From positions 21,328,001-21,392,000 of the forward strand of contig OX597816.1 in NCBI GenBank assembly GCA_951406725.2: a DNA stretch of 64,000 bases. The letters run 5' to 3'. Origin of the DNA: Octopus vulgaris. Its lineage: Eukaryota. The first letter of the stretch is position 1; the number at the start of each line of letters is the position of its first letter. Below are positions 26,120-39,506 of the stretch, piece by piece. The notes beneath the pieces were generated by a model. That model was not told where the DNA came from. It searched no databases and was given only the letters and a program-made list of their open reading frames with translations. A program made the translations under genes and the position numbers.

Positions 26120-27841
26120 ACACACTGGTGTGGCTGTAGTAAGAAGTTTGCATTCGAATCATCTGGTCTTGGTTTCCATCCCACCGTGCAACACCTTAGG
26201 TGAATTAATCTACTATAGCCCCAGGCCAACCAAAGACTCTTGAGTAGATTTGGTAGACAGAAACTGACAGTAACCCATTGTGTATGTGTCTGTGTATGTG
26301 TGTGTGTGTGTGTGCATGTGTGTGTGTGTATGTGTGTTTGTCTTTGTCTACCACCACTGCTTGATAATTAGTGTTGGTTTGTTTACATCCCTGTGATTTA
26401 TTGTTTTAGCAACAAGAAAGTCATTGAATAAATACGAAGTTTTAAAATAAACTTTTCGAGACAAGTGCCCCAGCTTGGTCAGAGTCTGAAGACTGGAATG
26501 AGTAAATGGCATATATGCACACATACATGCACATTCATAGCAGTGAGCAAGCTAACGAAAGAGAGTAGCATTCAATACATTTGGTAGAATTTATATTTAT
26601 TTAATAAGTTTGAATCAGCACCACATTACTTGAGGTTTCATGGACAAACGATATATCCACTTCATCTCCATACTAATTAATGTGGAGATGAGTCAGGCTG
26701 TTATACACACACATACACACACACATACATGTGTGCATATGTCTGTATGTATGTGTATGTACAAATGCCTACAGACATATGCACACACATTGCAAAACGT
26801 GAACAGTATCTTCAAATTATTACATTCCAATATCTGAGATCTATTTATTCTTTAACAGTCAGTCCTATCTGATAAATTTCTTGCTATTACAATGAAAATA
26901 ATAATCCTCTTATAATTTTTTCAAAACTTTTATGACAACTTCTGTGAAATACCAAAAAAAAAAAAAATGAAATAAAATAATATTGTTTGCAATTATTTTA
27001 TACATAACATTAGCACATACAAAAACGTTTTTCAAAAATGAAAATCCATTTCTTTTTTCTTTTTAGTATTTTATTCTTTCTATATCAAAATCATCAGATT
27101 ATCAATTAATTCTTTAAAAACATTCTTCCTTTATGCTAATTGGGGAAGTTTGAGTAAAGTTTTACAGTTTGCCTCGAAAAGTTCTTGAACAAGGGAATAC
27201 AGTACTGTATGTTTAACACTAATCTTATCGAAACTGGCAAACGTATCATCAATCTCTCCATTCACATAATGGTAAACTTTTCCCCGATAGAATAAAATTT
27301 TTCAAGAAGCATTTTGACATTCTTGATAATAAATGTAATTTTGTTCTTCATCTGCGTTTTTTTTTTTATTCAAAAGAAGACATAAATGAAACTAACTGCA
27401 TGTTGTAGTGAAAAAAAAAATACACTTGAGGTTTTATCCTGTTGATTTAAAAGAATATGACATATTACTGCTGGTGAACTCTTTGTATAATAACCAAAAT
27501 TATGAGATCAGGCTACTCCAGGCATAAAGCAAGCTGCTATTCAAAATCTTTAAAACAGCTATTTCTACCTCATGATGTATTACATGAAAACAGAATCTTC
27601 TGTACGGATGCTTGAAGCTATTAATTCAATATGTTAATATGGCATCCCTGTGTGCAGTAAAAGAAAGACCAAAAATATTAAACAACCTCCACAAAAAAAT
27701 AAAGCTACAGCAAAGAAACACAAGAAAAAAGTCAAAAGAAATTTGTGTGATTGTTTTACATATATACATATATATAATTATATATATATATATATATACA
27801 CACATTTATATATATATATCTATATATATACACACACACAT

Positions 27842-27909
<68 letters not shown>

Positions 27910-27912
27910 TAT

Positions 27913-27945
<33 letters not shown>

Positions 27946-28188
27946 TACATATATATGTATGTATATATGCACATATTTATATGTATGTATATTTATATAT
28001 ATGTGTGTGTTGTGTGTGTGTCTGTGTGTGTTTATATTTTTTTATTGCAAGGATATCTTTTTTAACGGTTGTATTTTATTTTATTTATTTATTTATTTAG
28101 TTATTTATTTATTTATTTTTTGACTGAAATATTTTGTGAAATCTGTCAGGACCAACTTTTCAATGTCAATTAACAAAAGCAGTTGTAT

Positions 28189-28219
<31 letters not shown>

Positions 28220-28744
28220 CAGACATTTGCACATGTGTCTGTGCGTGTACAGGTGCGCGCACGCGCGCATTTTGTTTTGTGCTAGTCTTGAAGAGCTGCA
28301 GCAGTTTCTAAAACTTCTTGTTTTATATGAAATCAATTTAGTGATGTGAATGAATTTAATTATTCCAAAATATTTTAGTGCCAAGTAAATGGAACCAACT
28401 TTCTTTTGAAAGACATGCTGAAAGCAAAAAAGCAAAGCAAAGAAGCTATAAAAAATATAGAGAAAAAAAACCTGTACCTTCTTGCTCTCACCAAACTAGT
28501 CGTAGTTTAACCATATAATGCATGTTCTTAAATAACTTGGAAAAGAACGTGCATGCTTTTATTACCTGGCCGACAATTGTGTTGTTATTTATGTTCCAAA
28601 GGCAGGTAATGTTTTTAGTTGTTGATCTTCTGTGGTAAAGAATGAAATGCTTATTTAGTTGTTTTTTCTATCATTTGAGCTTTAAACAATCGTTCGTTCA
28701 CGGGTTCAGTGTCGACTTCCTGTCAATTCCATATTACTCTTGTT

Positions 28745-28745
28745 T

Positions 28746-28827
<82 letters not shown>

Positions 28828-28951
28828 GTCTGTCTGTCTGTCTGTCTCTCTGTATGTCTGTCTGTCTGTTTGTCTGTCTGTCTGCCTGCTTGCCTACCTA
28901 CCGCTCTATCTATCTGTCTGCCTGTCTGTTTATCTACCTACCCACCTACCC

Positions 28952-29012
<61 letters not shown>

Positions 29013-29460
29013 ACTACCTGTCTGTCTGTTTGTCTACCTGTCTGCCTGCCTGCCTGCCTACCTCTCTATCTCTCTCTGTCTGTCTGTCTGTTTATCTACC
29101 TACCTACCCACCTACCCACCTATCTATCTACCTACTTACCTACCTACCTACTCACCTATCTATCTATCTGTTTGTCTGTCTGTCTGCCTGCCTGCCTACC
29201 TACCCACCTACCCACTTATCTATCTATCTATCTCTCTATTTGTCTGTTTGTCAGTCTGTCTGTTTATCTACCTACCTACCTACCTACCTACCTACCTACC
29301 TATCTATCCATCCATCTATCCATCCAACCAACCACCATCGTTCTGCCTGTCTGTCTGTCTGTCTGTCTACCTGTTTGTCTGCTTTTATGTCTACCCGTCT
29401 ATCTTTCTGCTTCCTTCCTTACATATTCACCAACCTACCTACCTACCTACCCATCTATGT
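28745..29460. repeat. Compound (CTAT)/(CTGT)/(CCTA) tetranucleotide array
   Basis: Directly visible; source of the 342-aa and 243-aa spurious ORFs. Confidence 0.95.
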
Positions 29461-29546
29461 GTTGGAAATAACACATTTCGATATGCCCAACCCGAAGCAT
29501 AAAACCATAAAGTGTTCTACAAGTATTTATATGTTTGACATATTAA

Positions 29547-30225
29547 GAGCATATTCTGTTGTGTCTGGGGAGAGTCATTTTCTTTTTTTGCCTTATAATG
29601 TAACACACTCACCAGTAAAATTTCCACTTATTTCTTATTTTTATTGTCCTAAAATTTTCGTTGTGTCTTGCAACCTTTTCAATTGTCTTTCAATAGTCAA
29701 GACTATCGAAAAGGTTGCAAGACAACGAAAATTTTAGGAAAATAAAAATAAGAAATAAGTGGAAATTTTACCGGGGTAGTTAAGATGCCATTGACACGTA
29801 AATCTCACCGTCCAAACGCGGCAGATGCCAGCGACGCCTGACTAGCGTCCGTGTTGGTGAGACGTAAAAGCACCAACCAATCGTAGCCGTTTGTCAGCCT
29901 CCTCTGGCCCCTGTGCCAGTGGCACGTAAAAAGCACCTACTATACACTCATGGAGTTGTTGGCGTTAGGAAGAGCATCCAGCTTTAGAAACGACTGCCAG
30001 ATCAGACTGGAGCCTGGTGCAGCCTCCTGGCTTCCCAGACCCCGGTCGAACCGTCCAACCCACACTAGCATGGAAAGCGGACGTTAAACGATGATGATGA
30101 TGATGAGGATGATGATGATGTGTTAAATTATAAGGCACGAAAAGAAAACGACTCTCCCCAGACACAACAGAATATGCTTCAACACACGAACTCCCATAAC
30201 GAATCTTGCAAACCAAATCCCAAAA
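29547..30225. mobile_element. Palindromic fold-back element family F, interrupted by an RTE 3' fragment (about 29775-30120)
   Basis: Arms mirror around caatagtc-aa-gactatcg; homologs at 42570, 58478, 61575 and 62720. Confidence 0.8.
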
Positions 30226-30769
30226 CGAAATATTAAGAGCAGTTACTGACCAATTTTTTACAAGAAAATCATGGCAATTCCATATAAATGTTTATAATCG
30301 GCATGTGTGCTCATATAAAGCATTGATGTATCACATAAAAAAACAAAAAAATCACAGTAATTAAAAACTCAATTAGTAACAGATTGTTAAACTTGGTGTT
30401 ATTACATTACAGAAACTCTGCAATACATAATCAACTAAAATGATCTTACAGAACAACAAAAATAACTTTATAATTGTATAATTATGTATCACAATTATAT
30501 AATTATACATTTTATGATGTTTATCTTAATGAAACAGTCATTGAGCGCAAAGTATGACCTATATTTGGTATTTTTGTGTTCTTGCTCAATATATGTGTGT
30601 GGTTGGTTGGGGAGGTGTGTGTATTTATGAACAATAAAGCTGATGCCGCATAAAAAGAACTTGTGCTGGTGTCGCATGAAAAGTATGCTGTATGCTCTGT
30701 GAAGTGGTTGGTGTTAGGAAGGGCATGCAGCCGTAGAAAGCATATCAAAACAGACATTTGGAGCCCGGT

Positions 30770-31202
30770 GTGGCAGTGGTGGTGGTGGTGACGGCGGCGG
30801 CTGATCGGTGGCGGCTGCAGAACAGTGACGCTGGTGGAGTGGTGGCGGCAGTAACGATGACGGAGGTGGTGGCAGTGATTACAGAGGCGGCGGCAGTTAC
30901 GACGGAGGCGGCAGTAGCAACAACAGAGGTGGTGGCAGTGATGACAGAGGTGGTGGCAGTGGCAGCAGAAGTAGCGGAACAGTGGCGTTGGTGGCGGCAG
31001 CAGAAGTGGCGGTGGTGATGGTAGCAGTAGAGATGGTGGTGGTGGTGGTGGTGGTAGCGGTGGTAGCAGTGGTAGTTGTAGTGGTGGTAGCAGTGGTTGT
31101 GGTAGCGGTGGTAGCATTGGTGGCAGTGGTGGTGATGGTGGTGGTAGCGGTGGTAGCAGTGGTGGTGGTAGCAGTGGTTGCAGTGTCAGTGGTGGTGGTG
31201 GT
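30770..31202. repeat. Degenerate (GGT/GGC/AGT)n trinucleotide array
   Basis: Directly visible. Confidence 0.9.
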
Positions 31203-31530
31203 ATGATGCTGGCATCAATTAAATATACTGAATTAAATCTGAACATATTAGAAAGCCTTTGATGTGAAATATAATTATATATGATTATAAATTAAGTATA
31301 AAAATATACATTCCATCCATGTGTTGGGGAAAATGAGGTAAGTCTTCTGTCAGGCTGTTTCACACTAAGTCGATTGATCATCAGAGATCTACCTCTTGCC
31401 TTACCTCCTCAACCATTAACAGCTTAGGCATTTGCACATTAAGCTGTCAGTTACTTGTCACTCTACTGGATAACTACGTATATAAAAGTATGTATCAAAT
31501 ATAAATAAAAACAGAACACAAAGGATATCG

Positions 31531-31619
31531 CGGTATACGTGTTTCAAGATTTATAAACAATCCGTTATTACATCAGCGTATTATTGATATAAAAGATGCT
31601 TTACAGCTCTCTTCAGCCG
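31531..31619 (-). ncRNA. Degenerate minimal hammerhead
   Basis: CGG-CTGAAGA-GAG...CTT-GAAAC-acgt-ATA-CCG; G16.2 is replaced by A. Confidence 0.5.
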
Positions 31620-31987
31620 TAAACATTGTTAGTCCAAAGATTACATCACAATATCCAAAATACGAAAAGTACATGTAGTATTACCCATTATAATAGGTTT
31701 ATCATATCTCCTTGAAAAAGTGTATTTGTAAAATTTCTTAACTGTATAAGTATATAAAGATTCATTGGATTTCGAAAATATGCCCATACTGTATCACCAA
31801 TCAGCATGTATATAAAAATATGTGTATGTATGTGTTTCTTGGCTTATTAAGTTGTTCTTGCTTTGCCCTAAATTAGTCCTGATAAAGCAACCCCAGAACC
31901 ACAAAATTCCCTTTGGCAATTATTCCACTCTTGTGTATATCCCAACTTTCGTTGCCAATTTATTCATATGTTCATTTTGCTTCTGTG

Positions 31988-32199
31988 ATTTAGATGTCGT
32001 TTTCTAGCAGAACGAACATAAAACTTTCCCTTGTTGAATCGTTTGTTATACTTAGAGATTGTTAAAGTGAATATCAATATTTTTGGTATCGAATGAACCT
32101 ACAAAAATATGGATATTCACTTCAATGCTTCCTAATATGACAAACAATCCAACAAGGGAACTTTTATGTTCAAATCTACTTGAAAATGACATTTAAATC
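31988..32199. repeat. Diverged ~210 bp palindrome
   Basis: gatttagatgtcgttttc pairs with gaaaatgacatttaaatc; gaacataaaactttcccttgttg with caacaagggaacttttatgttc; aagtgaatatcaatatttttg with caaaaatatggatattcactt. Confidence 0.75.
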
Positions 32200-32319
32200 T
32201 CAAAACTAACAAGCCAATGAGTGGTGTCTCATACTCACACTCAACCTGCAATATCTAACACTATGCCAGTCTATAAAATGGATAATGGATAATGTAATCC
32301 TAAACAGAATAAGCATAAA

Positions 32320-32700
32320 AGGCGGCGAGCTGGCAAAAACGTTTGCACGCTGGGCGAAATGCGTAGCCGTATTTCGTCTGCCGTTACGTTCTGAGTTCAA
32401 ACTCCGCCAAGGTCTACTTTGCCTTTCATCCTTTCGGGGTCGATTAAATAAGTACCAGTTACGCACTGGGGTCGATGTAATCGACTTAATACCTATGTCT
32501 GTCCTTGTTTGTCTCCTCTGTGTTTAATCCCTTGTGGGTAATAAAGAAATAGGTATTTCGTCTGCCGTTATGTTCTGAGTTCAAATTCCACCGAGGTCGA
32601 CTTTGCCTTTCATCCTTTTGGGGTTGATAAATTAAGTACCAGTTACGCACTGGGGTCGATGTAATCAACTTAATCCCTTTGTCTGTCCTTGTTTGACCCT
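32320..32700 (+). mobile_element. SINE family B tandem dimer
   Basis: A full copy followed by a 5'-truncated copy joined at aaagaaata|ggtatttcgtc. Confidence 0.85.
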
Positions 32701-33061
32701 TCTATTGTTGAATAAAATTTATTGAAAAAAGCTGAAATAATTATGTGTGTGTGTTTGTATGTGTGTGCGTGTGTGTGTGTATGTGTGTGTGTTTGTCCCC
32801 ACACCATTGCTTGACAACTGATGTTGGTATGTTTATGTCCCCCGTAACTTAGCAGTTCGGCAAAAGAGTCCGATAGAATAACAACTAGGCTTACAAAGAA
32901 TAAGTCCTGGGGTTGATTTGTTCGACTAAAAGGCAGTGCTCCAGCATGGCCGTAGTCAAATGACTGAAACAAGTAAAATGAATATATTATGCAGCTTATA
33001 AATAAGAAATTGATTCCCAGCAACTAGGATGCATTTAACAAATCTTCATCCTTCTCTCTCA

Positions 33062-33108
<47 letters not shown>

Positions 33109-34119
33109 ACCATCAGAGGTATATGAAAAGTGATAATTCAATAGTTTATTTGGGACAATGACTTTATAAGCCGAGTAGCAGACTTGTAATTCAAACCTTT
33201 GATTATCTTGTCTGGACTATACGTCTATTAAAGCAACAACGATAACAACGACGACGAAGATGATGATGATGATGATGATGATGATGATAATGATGTTGGT
33301 GAAGCCATAGATAAGAATTTCAAATAAGAAAGTTTAAATACTTTATCAGTCAAATTTAAAAAAAAAAAAAAATTTGTTTTTTTTTTTTTGCTTTCCTCAT
33401 TAATAATCAATAACAGGATGCTGTAAGCTGAGTAGAAATGGTGCAATCTAATCTTATGGCACACCAAGAAAGCAATAAATAATTTTAATTTGGATTTTGG
33501 GAAACATTTAAAGCTCACTATATCAGATCAAATTACATATTAGAAATATTAAAACATAAATGCTGGCAAAATAAATGATTAAATTGACAGTCTGAAAGTC
33601 GATATTGAACGGTTTTGTTGAAATATTTTTCATGAAATTATATTACACAATAAAAAAATCTTCATCAAAACACACAAAATTCTGATATACATTTTTTTTA
33701 AAAATTCAATCGTGCATTTTATAACATTCCAATTTATTATTTACTTTCCATGTACACAACACTTACACATAGGTTTTTCACATTGAAATATACACACAAA
33801 TGCTGTTTTATGCAAATATATGTCCACATATGTTCTGTGCCATGGTATATTAAAGTTGTAGACTATAAAACTAAGGCTGCAAACAATGAAGATTAAACTC
33901 TAGTGCTCAAAACCTCCAATATGCATTTTGTTCAGCATTCCGTCGAGACCCTCTATTAGTTAATGTTAACCTCTTTTAAAATAGATGATTAATCCCAATC
34001 TATCTCAAGTTTGTATTTGAATGAGCGGCATTATCTAAAACAAGGGTGGGGAAACCCCAACCCACAGGCGCAATTGCACTCACAAGCCCCATTTTATTGC
34101 AGCCGCAATACAAAATATA

Positions 34120-34324
34120 CTCCTTTACTTGTTTCAGTCATTTGACTGTGGCCATGCTGGAGCACCGCCTTTAGTCGAGCAAATCAACCCCAGGACTTAT
34201 TCTTTGTAAGCCTAGTACTTATTATTCTATCGGTCGCTTTTCCCAAACCGCTAAGTTACGGTGACGTAAACACACCAGCATCGGTTGTCAAGTGATGTTG
34301 AGGGGGGACATACACAGACACACT

Positions 34325-34376
<52 letters not shown>

Positions 34377-34525
34377 TACGACGGGCTTTTTTCAGTTTGC
34401 GTCTGCCAAATCCACTCACAAGGCTATAGTAGAAGACACTTTTCCAAGGTGGCATAAAGTGGGACTGAACCTGGAACCATGTGGTTCATAATCAAGCTAC
34501 TTACCACACAACCACTCCTACGCCT
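34120..34525 (-). mobile_element. SINE family A
   Basis: Reverse complement of family A. Confidence 0.85.
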
Positions 34526-34836
34526 ATATAGTAAATTTTTCAATTATAAAATTTATACAATATCCATATGCTTATTTTCGGCATAGGTTACGCTTTCACC
34601 ACAACTTAAAACGGTTGGACTCGATCAGAAAATCGTCTGGTAATTGTCATTTGACTGGAAATTTTGTTTTCACTACAAAACATATATTGCTAGATTTTAC
34701 CACCACCTTGAGACCCAACTATACTCTAGCTGAAGAATATAGAAAGTCGCATAAGTAATATAAATGTCCTTAATTCAGTGGTGGTATTAATGAAGATGTT
34801 ATGCATTAATTTAATGTCTTAAACTTATCTTAATTA

Positions 34837-35316
34837 CCGTAAATCCTCGAGTATAATCAGCATTTTTTCCCAAAATTTAAAGGTCAAAATCCCGAGTGTG
34901 TACTTATACACGCGGTTAAAAATGAAAATTCTTTTCTAAGCAATGTCCGAGTCTCTATTTGCTGTCCCACAATGTGTATTCAGAAGCATTTTGTGATGTC
35001 GGGTGCGAAAATACCTTAAATCATCCATAACTTGCAGTAAGCAACATATATTAAACGTTTTTACTGTTCTTTCTTTATTTTCTGCAAACAAAATGCGCAA
35101 AAAAGCTACACGTTTGCATTATTTTATAAATACAATAATAATAATTGACGCTACCGTATACATTTTTACAAACCAAGGACATTATACAGACCTCCTTGAC
35201 TCAAGTTAGAGAAGGAGTACGTATCATACACAAGGTTTAGGTTTGTCAAAGGTACAGCCCCCGAAAAATCCCCTGCGTATTATACTCAAGGGCGGACTAT
35301 ACTCGAGGATTTACGG
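34837..35316. mobile_element. MITE with TIRs (Tc1/mariner-pogo type)
   Basis: Perfect 19-bp TIR CCGTAAATCCTCGAGTATA / TATACTCGAGGATTTACGG, TA on both sides, subterminal tatac(t/a)c repeats, no transposase. Confidence 0.85.
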
Positions 35317-36596
35317 TAATGCATCTCGAATGATGCGTAGATACATACAAGATTTACACAGATATAACAGTTAGAACTTGCCTAAAATTGTGCCTCAGAT
35401 GGTAATTTTCTAGGTGCAATCCCATCATGGTCATTCATGACCGAAGAGGATCTTTACCCTTTTTTTATATATTGATCTCAGTCCTAATCATTTTTCTTTG
35501 TTGTGAAATCCAGTCGTTATTTTAGCAATTTTATATTTTTTTGCATCATTAACCTATGGGACATAACCACAGACATTTACCACCAGCTTACATACAAATA
35601 AGTCATAGGACAACATCTGGGAGAAAGCGCTTACTTTTGGTGATTAGAGTAATCTTGAATCTGTGGGGTTCCCTGATTGGTCTTAACTGAGATCTTCATA
35701 TATCAGTATTGTAAATAAAGACTCACGTACATTTATATTACAATTACTTTTCTTTCATTTGATTTTATGAAAGTCTATCTTACAACATGTAAACTAACTT
35801 CGTCATGTTCCCATTATCTGATACCAGAAAGGCAAATTAAAGAAATAATAATATAATGGATTCTAATTCAGGGACAAGACCAATAACATGGAGGGGATAA
35901 TACAATAACATTAACACCAGCACTTCATTCAAAGCTGTGTTTTCTTTTTTCTTATTTTCTGATAGAATTTAGGATGGAAAAAAATAGTTTTTGCTTCTGA
36001 ACATTCCTTATGTTTATTTTGTAAAATTTCATTTACATGCAGTTTTTTTTTTATACCTTTAAGATTTAAAAAGGTAAAAGTTGAAAACTGTGAAAATAAC
36101 ACATATTTAAAAATAGTACTGACATAAAAATAAGAATTAAACAAAGAGATGCAATTGTAAACATGAACACAGGTATTGACATTTCAGAAAATACAGAGAT
36201 AAACAGAAACGTACACATTTGTAATGTAAACACAAATACCAGCATTAGCCAAACAGTTTTCACAACACAGACAATACCAAAAATAGTTTTTGTCAGAATT
36301 GCAAGTAAGAAAGAATTTCTCAATATGGGACTATTCTGCAAACAAAAAAAGCGCGTAAAGTACGTCATGAAAGAAAGTTCTAGCGACTGGAAAATTGACA
36401 GTAGAATCATTAGGACAAATTGAATGCCTATTTGTTCTGCTTCTATAATCTGAGTCCAAATCCTGCTGAGGTCAACAGGTTTCCATAGGTTTAGGCATGG
36501 CTGTGTGGATAAGAAGCTCATTTTAGAAAACATGTAATATCAGGTTCAGTCTTACTGCATGGCACCTACTATAGCTTTGTCTGCATTTTGAAGGGG

Positions 36597-37560
36597 CTAT
36601 TTTACTTTTATAGTGTGCTTTCCCTTCATTACCGAGTGCAGCTCTGTGTGCCTTGGGTATGTGTTGTGATTTGTTGTGGTGCTCTGATGGTTACTGTATT
36701 GAAATCATTTTGCGTAGAATAAGTGCAGTGCCTAGTAATACAATTTTCTGTATGTTATATGTGTTTGTAAGTCCTCGTGTTTTTGTTATGTATTTGTCTG
36801 AATATTTTTTTAGCATGCCTAATGCACCTACTATGATAGAAATTGTTTCTGTTTTTAGATTCCACATTCGAGTTACCTCTATTTCCAGGTCTTTGTATTT
36901 TGAAAGTTTCTCAATTTCATTTAGAGACACGTTGTCATCTACTGGTATTGATACATCAATTAGAAAGCATTTTTTTCTTCATGATCTCTGACAACTATAT
37001 CTGGTCTGTTGGCCTTAATTTCTCTATCTGTGTGTGTTGGCCTATCCCAGAGTATGGTTGCTTTCTCGTTTTCTGTGACATTTTCTGGTGTGTGCCTATA
37101 CCATCTTTTTTCTATTGTTATTCCATAATGTTGGCATAGTTTCCAGTGTATGTAGGTCCCAACTCTGTCGTGTCTGTGAATATATTCCTTCTTAGCCAGG
37201 ACTGGGCAGCCAGAGATAATATGATTTATTGTTTCTTGTCCATCTCCACATATTCTGCAGTTACTTGTTATATTTTTTCATTATACGTTTTTGGTAATTT
37301 CTGGTGGGGAGGCTTTGGTCTTGCGCTGCAATTAAAAATCCTTCTGTCTCTGCTTTGAGCTTCTCAACCATTGCTGGGATTTTTCTTGTCTATTTCTTTT
37401 GCATTTAGTTTAGTCTAGTATTATAACTGGGATGGCTAAAGTGTTAATACCTATTATCTTGTTTTTAGCATTGAGCTCTGTTTTTAGTATTGATCTAACT
37501 TGTCTATAATATTCTTTCTTTATTTTCTCTTCATTTGTGTGTGTTGTGTCTTATCTAGTT
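36597..37560 (-). pseudogene. R4/Dong-like non-LTR retrotransposon fragment (REL endonuclease domain)
   Basis: ORF 36691-36930 EKLSKYKDLEIEVTRMWNLKTETISIIVGALG...KIVLLGTALILRK; homolog of the 15470 copy; abuts (TTA)n. Confidence 0.85.
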
Positions 37561-37568
37561 CATTATTA

Positions 37569-37641
<73 letters not shown>

Positions 37642-37642
<1 letters not shown>

Positions 37643-38160
37643 GAGTGATAGAGCAGTGCATGCCATCAAAGTGACGCTGGGGTAAAATATACGAAGCCCA
37701 GTATACCCATCATGACTATCTGTCTGATAAGGGTACGCTAGGCACTTGCATCACAACCATGTGTGCGTGACATGGTGATCTCATATCAAGATAAACAGCA
37801 CATGACCTTGCAGGTGGGGTGAAGTTAGAATTTTCTTCTGGTCGAGTAGCCCATCCCGCTTAAAAGGTCACTGAATAATTGTGGTTTAAGGATGTTGAAC
37901 CAAACACCCATGTTTCCAAAGGCGAATTACCCAAACCTCTAAGAATTCCTTTCAACACACAGCTATGATGCTCCCCCACTATTTCTGCTCGTGATCAGAG
38001 ATGCACATATCGTCAGCCACTAAGAGACATGGTCAACTGGTTATGGTCAAACAACTGACAAGCAAATCTGTGGTATTGAGTAGAATATTTGCTGGAGCTC
38101 ATCTTTTATACCAAGACAAAATAATGTACATGATAATACTTTCAATCAGTTAAGGTCAGA
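37642..38160. repeat. Unclassified segment between TAA/TTA microsatellites, probably an interspersed repeat
   Basis: Higher-GC block bounded by (TTA)n and (AAT)n; single copy here, no ORF. Confidence 0.35.
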
Positions 38161-38204
<44 letters not shown>

Positions 38205-39244
38205 TAGAATAGCTGACAGAGCAGAGTCAGACATACTACCGTGTGGTATTTAGTTATGTCCCTGTGCTTTATTAATGAAAAGTTTTTGTTATTGTTGCAG
38301 TTAACTAATAAAAAATTAGCAAGATTTTAATAATGAGAATTATATGTAAGATCATAACTGCAGCAAGATAGAGTAATAAGTGAGACGAGGATGGTGTGCC
38401 TGTGTTTGTGTGTCAGTATGTGTAGACGGAAATATCATTGTGGTTTTTAATTAGTTTTCCAATGTAATTTCTCCGATTATATCATCTGTTCATAATCTTC
38501 TCTTTCTGTGAACACAATAAACACAGAACCACTGTCAAACCATAAACCACCAACCGTACTTCGTAACTAATGAAATGGCACCCGAGATTCTCCTGATAGC
38601 AGACACTTCAAATAAAAATATACAACAACAAATAAATGATAACAAAAAAATAAAAACAACAACAAATGTATAAATGTAAAGATTTTTCACTAAATAGCAA
38701 CGCTCAATAAATATCGAACGAACCGACTTAGCTATATTATATTTCTTTCAATGCTCTGATTGGCTATTTCGTCTAATAGGAAACTAATCAATAATTCTAA
38801 GCATCTGATTGAACTTGTTCTTGTTCTAACAGTTGGGGGAAAACAATGTCAGCATTCAGCAGAGACATCCAGTTGCAGACTTCCAGTGTAATTAACTCAT
38901 CAACCGTTGATACATGTTCGTGCAATTATCCACTTTGATGTAACTTGCGACTGATAACAAACGATTCTTACTGAATGATAGTCGCTCATTTATTTTGCAT
39001 TGATTAACGTATATAATTGGGGATCACTATATAGGGGAAAGCTGGTGAGCATTTAAGTCTAATTTGCATTTGTTGCAGATTATTGATGGATGTAGATACA
39101 CAAGTGCACCACATATACTTACTTGTACATATGTGCCTCTACCTATGTGCACATATATAAGAACTCACATGTAATCACGTATGTGTCTTTACACATTTTT
39201 ATGCGTGTATGTAGGCAAATGTATATATATATATATATATATAA

Positions 39245-39505
39245 AATTAAATAAGTAAATAGGGTAATAAAAAATAAATTATTATTACCAGTGACCCAGC
39301 ACAAAAGACGAATTAGTCATTAGACTATATATTATTCATATAGAAATACAATAAAGGGCTTCCAAATAAAGAAGGGCTGTGCTAGACACACAAAAAGGGA
39401 TAAATTCATGAAAGGAATGAAAATTAAAAACGTTTCATTCCTTTCATGTATTTATCCCTTTTTGTGTGTCTTGCACAGCGCTTCTTTATTTGGAAGCCCT
39501 TTATC
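39245..39505 (-). mobile_element. Short fold-back element with terminal hairpin motif
   Basis: Palindrome about 39351-39504; terminus agg-hairpin-agtgacccagca next to (TA)n. Confidence 0.6.
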
Positions 39506-39506
39506 G

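Noticed and set aside
38400-39100. Unique sequence with CCAAT-like boxes, a possible promoter or miRNA
   Set aside because: No transcript, ORF or recalled mature miRNA match; short motifs like these are expected by chance.
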